From IMG/VR virus record IMGVR_UViG_3300046170_000058, positions 1 through 31,250 of that record: DNA of 31,250 bases; one strand, 5' to 3'. The number at the start of each line of letters is the position of its first letter. The stretch's first letter is position 1. Positions 9,901 to 17,112 of this stretch are shown here, piece by piece. Below the pieces are notes generated by a model. The model had not been told where the DNA came from. It saw only the letters and a list, made by a program, of their open reading frames with translations, and did not search any database. Made by a program: the position numbers and the translations under genes. This DNA comes from a virus (lineage: Duplodnaviria; Caudoviricetes).

Positions 9901-10116
9901 CACACCTTTAAAGCGTTAGATAGATTTGGTGCAAACAATTCAAGTATTTTTAATATGTCAAATAAAACTAATGCAAAAGTTAAATATCATATGTTTTTAA
10001 ATGCATACCCTGTAGTAATGATAAAAGGTGGTACGGTAACAGGTACACTTGCAACAGGTGTAACAGGCAGTTATCCAATAGGTGATGGTAACGGAGATTT
10101 ACAAAGTACATCATAA
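6943..10116 (+). CDS. large tail tip / baseplate hub protein with variable C-terminal extension
   Basis: 1057 aa; N-terminal ELFKDESI..TQSIQDIKDI...FTQTFNVPASK.NNKIF; internal DFITGIFKMFNL; YRINKI.TN end-of-hub motif followed by a Thr-rich extension. Confidence 0.65.
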   Translation: MLQLQIYFDGQQVELFKDESIVLTQSIQDIKDIQKVFVPFTQTFNVPASKINNKIFQHFYNFNIEGFDARKKTPSELHLNYKLFKKGKIKLEGVQLKNNEPHTYKLTFYGDTINLKDVVGEDKLSALDQLGKYSFDWTDTNISTYMANGLDVVTPTGTMTDAVIVPLITHTARLLFDSNSAVVNTDTIKNINPAAGTSTSYGVPYSQLKPAIRLLAIIQAIEIEYGLTFSTDFFNETNTAFFNLYMWMHNKEGDFQTNQDAQYQGKNITNVVDDKQFFTGFKNASYSSFLDDIIARDYYKGKNNSKIFRKMNVTVVPSGGAVYTLVIKKDGQEFQRFEGLTGTTSLGQSATLKNKDWLEHEDGVFTFFIETEAVSSYTITVELIVDKKGTLLSRPKGSFQLTAAKTSDDPANPLQLVPDIKVIDFITGIFKMFNLTAFQDNNGIIQVKTLDDFYSSSTTVHDITPFVDKTETITDAVLPFKEIDFGYEGTESFLANNHYQIANTKWGALDYEAPNKFDGKVYNIELPFEHFKYEHLFIQANNVVSVNDSGVQYGYSVDESQNPYLGKPLIFYATKSTATIRTLNLANTAGASVANPYIPLNCEDKGSTYLAGKQSLNFNAEFDEFSRQVNQVSLFKTYYETYVKDMFDLRKRLTSVKAYLPMNIIFKLNLADKFILNNNEYRINKISTNFETEQSSLELTNIFEEPVFKTLKVLQDNCLTVDTTTITADTIDVKVDSGCDNQFTLPSIKTGIPSATVNNPASVFTDTSLTVTPPTIAVDQIPVSTTTKVFFSHQITAIGKVGNTQKLDEYGYLYSTSLTNLSSTDDIDTLKAFGDVTTVPFTPTLAVIKVLLDNGLSVKSTYEKAGLTHPAILYYRFYARTNTDVQNDKADAISSVVSASTVPSAVSQYNNANGENLVGVAGSTGYLTDTSPLSLSKSNFQNYGGEDQEGFIIRHTYNLTVETAEQIIEWLTSQASPAVDTYYDISHTFKALDRFGANNSSIFNMSNKTNAKVKYHMFLNAYPVVMIKGGTVTGTLATGVTGSYPIGDGNGDLQSTS

Positions 10117-10126
10117 ATAAAAAAAT

Positions 10127-10267
10127 ATGATACAAAATATATTAGATTTATTAGAATTTGCAAGAAGCGAGAAATGGACAGGGCAATATATAGATATAGC
10201 TATGGGTAAAAACAAATACCCTGAATCAATAAGAGAAGCATACAAACAATTTAAGAAATGGCAGTAA
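10127..10267 (+). CDS. small hypothetical protein (46 aa, MIQNILDLLEFA...)
   Basis: Not in the ORF track; fills the gap between hub and tape measure and overlaps the next start. Confidence 0.55.
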   Translation: MIQNILDLLEFARSEKWTGQYIDIAMGKNKYPESIREAYKQFKKWQ

Positions 10268-11863
10268 AAAAAACAATAGAGTTAGAAGCTAAAGTAGACA
10301 AGGCTCAAAAAGATTTAGATGGTGTAGCACAAAGTGTACAACGAATAGATGACAACCTTGAAGAAGTTAAAGATACAACAAGTGGTGTTTCTAAAGGTGT
10401 AAAAGGTATTGGTAATGCTTTAAAAGCTGCTGGTATTGGTTTAGCTATTGCAGCATTTTCTAAACTTGCAGAAGTATTTAACCAGAATCAAAAAGTTACA
10501 GATGCTTTTAGTACTGCTTTTGAAGCGTTAAGTTTAGCGTTTAATGACTTTTTTAAGTTTCTTGATAGAAATGTAGGTACTGTTATAGATTATTTTAAAA
10601 ATATATTTAGTGATCCTAAACAAGCATTAATTGATTTTGGTGATGCGATAAAAGATAATCTTATTGAAAGGTTTAATAGTTTTTTAGATACATTAGGATT
10701 TTTAGCAAGTGCAGTAAAAAAAGTATTTAGTGGTGATTTTACAGGAGCATTAGAAGATGTTAAAAGTGCAGGTAAAGAAAGTTTAGATGTTTTAACAGGT
10801 GTTAATGACACGTTTGATAAAGCTGCTGAAGTATTACCAAGTGTTGTTAAAGGAATAACAGATTACGCTAAATCAACTGTAAAAGCAGCAAGGGATATAG
10901 TTAACCTTAATAAATCGGCTGAAATAGCTGCTGTTATAAATCAAGGGTTAATAGAAAAGTATGATAGACAAGCAGAGCAACAAAGACAAATAAGAGATGA
11001 TGAAAGTAAAACTATTGAAGAACGTATTGCTGCGAACAATAAATTAGGTGAAATTCTTGATTTACAAGAAGAAAAAATGTTAGCTAATGCAGCAGCAATA
11101 GAAAAAGCAGCACAAGCACAATATGATAAAAATGATAGTGATGAAAATTTTATAGCATTACAAGAAGCTAAAAACGAAGCTGCTGCTATTGAAGCACAAA
11201 TAGAAGGTTTTAGATCAGAACAATTAATAAATAGAATTTCTTTAGAACGTGAATTAGATGATATAAAGACAGAAGCTGATGAAAAAGAAATAGAAAGAAA
11301 AGAGGAGTTAAAACAAAAAGAGTTAGAATTAGCTGAAGCAAAAAAACAAGCTGTTAATGATGCTTTAGATGCTACAATAGAAGCAGCAGGAGCAGAAACA
11401 AAAGTAGGTAGAGGCATTATTTATTGCCAAACAAGCTATTTTAATTAAAGAACAAATAATGGAAGCCAAAGCAACATTACAAAGAATAGCATTAAGAGCA
11501 AGTGAAGCATCTGTTGATACAGCTAAAGGTGCAGCAAGTACAGCTAAAGTTGGGTTTCCACAAAATATACCTTTATTAGCTGCATTTGCAATACAAGCAG
11601 CAGGTATAATTATGGCAATTAAATCAGCAGTTAATGCTGCTAAAGGTTCAGCATCACAAATGGGTGGTGGAGGGGGTGGTGGTAGTGTATCTACACCACA
11701 AGCACCATCATTTAATATAGTAGGAGCAGCACCTGAAAACCAATTAGCACAAGCAATAGGTGAACAAGAAGAAAAACCTATAAAAGCATTCGTAGTAAGT
11801 AATGAAGTAACTAACGCACAAGCATTAGAACGTAATATAGTAGAAGGTGCATCAATTGGATAA
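10258..11863 (+). CDS. tape measure-like protein (about 534 aa), split by an apparent +1 insertion at 11413-11414
   Basis: Ala-rich helical protein. Removing one G joins KVGR-ALFIAKQAILIKEQI-MEAK, fusing ORFs 10258..11448 and 11459..11863. Confidence 0.7.
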
Positions 11864-11888
11864 CAAAATAGATAAATAATTATTGTAT
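11862..11888 (+). promoter_or_regulatory. putative late promoter, copy 3
   Basis: AACAA-N14-TATTGTAT, then 4 nt to ATG 11893. Confidence 0.75.
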
Positions 11889-11892
11889 TAAT

Positions 11893-12899
11893 ATGGACAT
11901 AGTAGAACTTTTTATAGATGAAAATGATGAGGTTTCTGGAATAGAAGCTATATCAGTAGTAGAAAACCCAGCAATAGAAGAAAACTTTATAGCATTAAAA
12001 AACCAAGAGTTTAAACTTGCAGAAGTAGACAAGGAAAAAGCGTATACTTATGGGTGCTGCTTTGATACCTAACAAACCTATCTACCGTACAAACGGGGAG
12101 CAGGAGTATTATATATACTTTAGTCAAGCAACTGTACGTAAAGCAAGTGAATTATTCTTTATAAAAGGTAATCAAAACAACTCTACGTTAGAACACCAAT
12201 TAGAACTTAAAGGTTTAACTGCTGTAGAAAGCTGGATAGTAGAAAGTGAACAAGATAAAAGCAGAATGTACGATTTAAACGTGCCTATTGGTACTTGGAT
12301 GGTATCTATGAAAGTTAATAACGATGATGTTTGGAAAAAAGTTAAAGCAGGTGAGGTAAAAGGGTTTAGTATAGAAGGTTACTTTGCTGACAAGTTAGAA
12401 AGACCAAACGAACCTCTAAAAGATAAGATGTCCTGAGCAAGAAGAAATGGCTAACGAATTAGTTGAAGAACTAAAACACATACTAAAAGAAGAAAATTTA
12501 GAATCTTATTCAGATTATCCAAGTGGTGTTAAAAACAATGCAAAAAAAGGTATTGAACTAAACGAAAAGGTAAACAACAAGTGTGCAACACAAGTAGGAA
12601 AAGTAAGAGCGCAACAATTAGCACAAGGCAAACCAATAACAACAGAAACTATTAAAAGGATGTTTAGTTATTTAAGTAGGGCGCAAGAAGATTACGATGA
12701 AAATGACAGTAAAGCGTGTGGTACTATATCTTACTTATTGTGGGGTGGCAAAGCTGGTTTACGTTGGGCTGGTGCTAAACTAAAAGAACTTGATCTAATA
12801 GAAGAAGATTTAAAAAAGCCTTGTTACGATGGTTATGAAATGATAGGGTTTAAAATTAAAAACGGTAGAAAAGTACCTAATTGCGTACCAATAAAATAA
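11893..12899 (+). CDS. prohead protease (XkdF-like serine protease) with C-terminal accessory domains, about 334 aa, split by two apparent +1 insertions
   Basis: MDIVELFID..ISVVENPAIE..F; G.ALIPNK.IYR; LEH; ESWIVE; GTWMVSMKV; W.KVK.GEVKGFSIEG. Removing one A (12035-12039) and one C (12432-12433) restores a single ORF. Confidence 0.75.
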
Positions 12900-12900
12900 T

Positions 12901-13263
12901 ATGAGTAGAATACCAAGTCCACAGTCAGGTCGTAGAGGTTGCTTATGTAAAGATGATACATATTCTATAGAATGTTGCGATGGTAGCTTTCAAGCACAAG
13001 GCGTAGGAAATGTAACAGGTACAATAGAAACACCAAGTGCAGGAGAATACGGTTATAGGGTACAAAAGTGTGGACATAGCCAAAAAAAACACTTTTACGG
13101 TTCTACACAATTAGTAGTAGGCAATGTATATTATATAAATGCAGATCACGATAACCACGATGGTTGTTATACCGTATTAAGCCAAGACCAAAACGCACAC
13201 GGACATCATTTTAGTGCTGTTACGTTATATAACGATTGTGCAGCGTGTCAAGCAGCAAACTAA
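12901..13263 (+). CDS. Cys/His-rich small protein, probably virion-associated
   Basis: RRGCLCKD.TYS.ECCDG..QAQGVG N-terminal part; His-rich C-terminal part ending DCAAC. Confidence 0.65.
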   Translation: MSRIPSPQSGRRGCLCKDDTYSIECCDGSFQAQGVGNVTGTIETPSAGEYGYRVQKCGHSQKKHFYGSTQLVVGNVYYINADHDNHDGCYTVLSQDQNAHGHHFSAVTLYNDCAACQAAN

Positions 13264-13276
13264 AAACACAACAAAC
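13260..13276 (+). repeat. 17-bp direct repeat, left copy (CTAAAAACACAACAAAC)
   Basis: Identical to 14041-14057. Confidence 0.9.
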
Positions 13277-13296
13277 AGTTAAATATATTATTATAT
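13270..13296 (+). promoter_or_regulatory. putative late promoter, copy 4
   Basis: AACAA-N14-TATTATAT, then 4 nt to ATG 13301. Confidence 0.7.
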
Positions 13297-13300
13297 AAAT

Positions 13301-13666
13301 ATGGATTCAAAAACAAAAGAGATACTACAAAAGTTTTCTACACAAAAGGTTGAGTTAGGTATAATTGAAGATGTTAAAAAACAAACATTTCTTTTAGAAC
13401 AAAGAACTGCTGACACAATAAGAATAATAGGTTTTGGTGCAGGTACACTTATTGGTGATATAATGAAAGAATATAGAGTTGTACAAAAAAGTTTACCTGA
13501 ATTAGAAAAAAACACTAAAAAATTACAACAATCATTAAAAGATTTAGGTATAACAAATAATAAAGAATTAGATAGTGCTAAAAATCAAATTAGTAAAACA
13601 AAGAAAAGAATAAAAACAATAGAAGAATCATTAGATAAACTTGTAAAAGTTAAAAGTTTCAGATAA
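13301..13666 (+). CDS. KVEL-leader helical protein 1 (candidate internal head protein)
   Basis: IL.K(F/L)S..KVEL..I.D.KKQ and LGI....ELD shared with 13706..14044. Confidence 0.7.
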   Translation: MDSKTKEILQKFSTQKVELGIIEDVKKQTFLLEQRTADTIRIIGFGAGTLIGDIMKEYRVVQKSLPELEKNTKKLQQSLKDLGITNNKELDSAKNQISKTKKRIKTIEESLDKLVKVKSFR

Positions 13667-13705
13667 TAATATGGATACAAAAGACCAATTACTTAAAACA
13701 ATAAT

Positions 13706-14044
13706 ATGAAACCAGACGTAAAAAGAATACTTACCAAGTTAAGTAAAGAGAAGGTAGAGTTGTCTTTGATAAATGATATTAAAAAACAATATCAAGAAGT
13801 AAAAAGTAACAATAGTAAATTATTGGATATCAAGAAGAAATATATTGACGAAAGAAAAGCACTTTTGTCTTTTTCTGATATTGTAGAAGAACAGTCAAAA
13901 AGAATGGTAGAACTGATATTGAAAGCTAAAAATGCTTCTGACGAACTTGGCATAGAAACACCAAGAGAATTAGATATGTATGATAATATTGCAACTTCCT
14001 ATATACAAAATGTTAAGGAAACGAGAAAGGCTGCAAGAAGCTAA
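13706..14044 (+). CDS. KVEL-leader helical protein 2 (paralog)
   Basis: Same two shared motifs as 13301..13666. Confidence 0.7.
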   Translation: MKPDVKRILTKLSKEKVELSLINDIKKQYQEVKSNNSKLLDIKKKYIDERKALLSFSDIVEEQSKRMVELILKAKNASDELGIETPRELDMYDNIATSYIQNVKETRKAARS

Positions 14045-14057
14045 AAACACAACAAAC
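14041..14057 (+). repeat. 17-bp direct repeat, right copy
   Basis: Identical to 13260-13276. Confidence 0.9.
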
Positions 14058-14077
14058 TAATTACTAATTTATTGTAA
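14051..14077 (+). promoter_or_regulatory. putative late promoter, copy 5
   Basis: AACAA-N14-TATTGTAA, then 5 nt to ATG 14083. Confidence 0.72.
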
Positions 14078-14082
14078 TATAT

Positions 14083-14688
14083 ATGAAAGCAACAGATATG
14101 TTAAACAAAGTAAAAGAGGTACTTGGGGTAGAGTTATCCGAAGCACCTGTAGAAGTAAAGTTGGCTCAAGCTGAACTTGAAAACGGTACAATTATAGAAA
14201 GCGAAAATTTTGAAGCTGGAAATGAAATATTTATTGTTACCGAAGATGAAAAGGTAGCAATGCCTATAGGTGAATACAAACTTATTGATGGTGAATCTAT
14301 AATTGTAGAAGAAGAAGGTATTATTGCTTCTATTGGTGCAGTTGAAGAAGAAGAAGTAGAAGCTGCTGAAGAAAAAGAAGAAATGAACTACGCTACTAAA
14401 GAAGAACTTGCAGAGGTTAAAGAAATGGTTGAAGAAATAAAATCAATGCTTGAACCAAAAGAAGAAATGGCAGAAGAAACTGAAGCTGAAAATTCTATAA
14501 AATCAGAAGAAACAACAACAAAAACTGTTTATGCTGAAAAAGAAGAATTAAGCGAAGTAAGCGAACCTGTACAAAAGGTTACTCATAATCCTGAAAAAGA
14601 AAACAAACCTAACCTAAACTTGTATTCACAAAAAAGAACTAATACAACTTTAGATAGAGTGTTAAATAAAATATCAAACATAAAATAA
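14083..14688 (+). CDS. capsid scaffolding protein
   Basis: Very acidic; P.GEY.L.DG..I.VEEEG.I motif; lies between protease and capsid genes. Confidence 0.65.
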   Translation: MKATDMLNKVKEVLGVELSEAPVEVKLAQAELENGTIIESENFEAGNEIFIVTEDEKVAMPIGEYKLIDGESIIVEEEGIIASIGAVEEEEVEAAEEKEEMNYATKEELAEVKEMVEEIKSMLEPKEEMAEETEAENSIKSEETTTKTVYAEKEELSEVSEPVQKVTHNPEKENKPNLNLYSQKRTNTTLDRVLNKISNIK

Positions 14689-14695
14689 ATAAAAA

Positions 14696-15103
14696 ATGTC
14701 AACAACAATAACAACTTCAAATGATGTGTTGAGAGCAAGATCAAAGCAAGAAACTTTGACTACTACTCAAGATATTCCTGTAAACAAAGCAGGTACTGAA
14801 TTTAACATAGCAACAGATGCTAAAGTAATGTCTTTACCAGCTATTACATCTGAAAATATTGGAATGGAATTTACATTTCGTAACACAGGTGCTGATGGTA
14901 ACAACATTATTACAATTTCACCTGCTTCTACTGATGCAATTCACGGTACAGTAGGTTCAGTATCTTCTGGCGGTGTAGATGATAAAGATTGGATAAACAC
15001 AAAAGCAACTGCAAATAAGGGCGATTGGTGTACACTAAAAGCTGTAGCACTTACTGACTGGTATTTAACAGGCGGTGATGGTGTATGGGCAAGTGAATCT
15101 TAA
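14696..15103 (+). CDS. putative head decoration/cement protein
   Basis: Small beta-rich T/G protein between scaffold and major capsid. Confidence 0.45.
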   Translation: MSTTITTSNDVLRARSKQETLTTTQDIPVNKAGTEFNIATDAKVMSLPAITSENIGMEFTFRNTGADGNNIITISPASTDAIHGTVGSVSSGGVDDKDWINTKATANKGDWCTLKAVALTDWYLTGGDGVWASES

Positions 15104-15128
15104 TAAATAAACTTATAAATAAAATAAA

Positions 15129-16055
15129 ATGGCAACAACTAATTCAATAACTACTACTTATGCTGGTGAGTTTGCAGGACAATACATATCTGCTGCACTT
15201 TTAAGTGGTTCAACTTTGGACAACGGATTAATTACCGTTAAGCCAAACATTAAATTTAAAGAAGTGATTAAAAAAGTATCAAGTGATGACATCGTAAAAG
15301 ATGCTACTTGTGATTTTGATCCTACTTCAACTTTAACACTTACAGAACGTATTTTACAACCTGATTTTCAGCAAGTAAATTTACAACTATGTAAAGCAGA
15401 CTTTCATAACGATTGGGAGGCTGTACAAATGGGATATAGTGCTTTTGATAGCTTACCTCCTTCTTTTGCTGACTTTTTAATTGGTCACGTAGCTTCTAAA
15501 GTTGCACAACGTACAGAACAATCTATTTGGAATGGTGCTGCTGCAACAGCAGGTCAGTTTGGTGGATTTACTGAATTACTTTTAGCTGATGCTGATGTTA
15601 CTGATGTAGGTGGTGGAGCAGCTGTAGATTCTTCAAATGTAATATCAAAAATAGGACTTGTAGTTGATGCTATTGGTTCTTCACTTTATACTTCTGAAGA
15701 TATGTATATTTATGTTTCACAAAACGTAGCACGTGCATATGTAAGAGCATTAGGTGGATTTGCAAGTAATCTTGGTGCAGCAGGTACAGATGATAAAGGT
15801 ACACAATGGTACAACGGTGGTGGACTTTCTTTTGATGGTATTAAGATTGCTGTAGCAAATGGATTATCGGACAACAAAATGGTAGCAGCAGAAAAATCAA
15901 ACTTATTCTTTGGAACAGGTCTTTTAGCAGATCACAATGAAGTTAAGGTAATTGATATGGCTGATATTGATGGTTCACAAAATGTAAGAGTAGTAATGAG
16001 ATTTACAGCTGGTGTACAATATGGCATCGGTAGCGATATCGTACTTTATTCTTAA
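15129..16055 (+). CDS. major capsid protein
   Basis: 308 aa, follows scaffold, followed by a strong terminator; TYAGEFAG.YI..ALLS, LQLCK.DF..DW and DGSQNVRVVMRF.AGVQ motifs. Confidence 0.75.
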   Translation: MATTNSITTTYAGEFAGQYISAALLSGSTLDNGLITVKPNIKFKEVIKKVSSDDIVKDATCDFDPTSTLTLTERILQPDFQQVNLQLCKADFHNDWEAVQMGYSAFDSLPPSFADFLIGHVASKVAQRTEQSIWNGAAATAGQFGGFTELLLADADVTDVGGGAAVDSSNVISKIGLVVDAIGSSLYTSEDMYIYVSQNVARAYVRALGGFASNLGAAGTDDKGTQWYNGGGLSFDGIKIAVANGLSDNKMVAAEKSNLFFGTGLLADHNEVKVIDMADIDGSQNVRVVMRFTAGVQYGIGSDIVLYS

Positions 16056-16076
16056 TAGATAATTAACCAATAAATT

Positions 16077-16113
16077 AGGTGGGTAAGCCAATAGTGCCTA
16101 CTCACCTTTTTTT
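16077..16113 (+). terminator. intrinsic terminator
   Basis: AGGTGGGTA...TACTCACCT plus T run. Confidence 0.75.
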
Positions 16114-16130
16114 ATTTAAAATATAAAGAT

Positions 16131-16679
16131 ATGGCTTGTGATTTAACAAAAGGTAGAAAAGAACCTTGCAAAGATTCGGTTGGTGGTATAAAAGCCGTTT
16201 ATTTTGCAGACTTTGGTGATTTAACTATTGCATATGATAGTACAGATACAGATGTAATAGATGATTTAGGTGCTGTAACAGTATTTAAATATGAATTGAA
16301 AGGTAATAGTAGTTTTGAACAAACTATTACTTCTTCAAGAGAAAATGGTACAACTTTCTTTGAACAGGCGTTAAACCTTACTTTAAAGAAATTAACTGTA
16401 CAAGACCACAAAGAATTAAAGCTAATGAGTTATGGTAGACCACATATCGTGGTACAAGACTATAACGGTAATGCTTTCTTGATGGGTGCAGAACACGGAT
16501 GTGATGTGACAGGTGGTACAATTACAACAGGTGGTGCAATGGGTGATTTAAGTGGTTATACACTTACATTTGCTGCACAAGAGCAAGTACCTGCTAACTT
16601 TTTAGAGGGTGCTACAGAAGCTAACCCTTTTGGTGGTTTATCAGGAACTGTAACTGTAACACAAGGTACAAATTCTTAA
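16131..16679 (+). CDS. putative major tail tube protein
   Basis: MACDLT.GR..PCKD.VGGIK, SRENGT.FFEQ.L, G...GD.SGYTLTF motifs; size typical of siphovirus tube proteins. Confidence 0.6.
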   Translation: MACDLTKGRKEPCKDSVGGIKAVYFADFGDLTIAYDSTDTDVIDDLGAVTVFKYELKGNSSFEQTITSSRENGTTFFEQALNLTLKKLTVQDHKELKLMSYGRPHIVVQDYNGNAFLMGAEHGCDVTGGTITTGGAMGDLSGYTLTFAAQEQVPANFLEGATEANPFGGLSGTVTVTQGTNS

Positions 16680-16701
16680 TAGGGTTTTTATTTGGTAAAT
16701 T

Positions 16702-16734
16702 AAGGGGTAGCAGAAATGTTACCCTTTTTTTTTT
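16702..16734 (+). terminator. intrinsic terminator (CA-GAAA-TG family)
   Basis: GGGTAGCA-GAAA-TGTTACCC plus long T run. Confidence 0.85.
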
Positions 16735-16736
16735 AT

Positions 16737-16763
16737 AACAAATTCGATACTTTTTTATTGTAT
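16737..16763 (+). promoter_or_regulatory. putative late promoter, copy 6
   Basis: AACAA-N14-TATTGTAT, then 4 nt to ATG 16768. Confidence 0.75.
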
Positions 16764-16767
16764 ATAT

Positions 16768-17112
16768 ATGATAGTATTACAAGAAAGTGGATCAGCACAA
16801 AATATTGATTTTATACCAAGAGAATTTACTGCAAACGCATCTTACACGGTAAAAATAACAGATGAAACGCAAAACAAAGAAGTGTACAGTCAAGCAACAA
16901 CAAGTATATCACAAAACTTATACTTCAATAGGTATAATGCTGTATTTCCTGTAAAACAAGATATTTATTACACACTTAAAATACTTTCAGGTAGTTCAGT
17001 TGTATTTTTAGATAAAATATACTGTACAAACCAAACAGATTTACCAGCTTACACAATAAACGAAGGTGAGTACACTTCTAATAGCACTACAAACGAATTT
17101 ATCACAATATAA
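16768..17112 (+). CDS. hypothetical virion protein
   Basis: 114-aa ORF coupled (TAATG) to the portal gene. Confidence 0.6.
   Translation: MIVLQESGSAQNIDFIPREFTANASYTVKITDETQNKEVYSQATTSISQNLYFNRYNAVFPVKQDIYYTLKILSGSSVVFLDKIYCTNQTDLPAYTINEGEYTSNSTTNEFITI

Noticed and set aside
11655-11690. G-rich run as G-quadruplex or phase-variable tract
   Set aside because: Explained by a poly-Gly linker in the TMP C-terminus.
12434-12436. TGA read-through or stop-codon reassignment
   Set aside because: The downstream ORF is in a different frame, and TGA serves as a normal stop in many ATGA overlaps.
13260-14057. 17-bp repeats as IS target duplication, att sites or CRISPR repeats
   Set aside because: Only two copies, no transposase, integrase or cas genes; they overlap the late-promoter motif.
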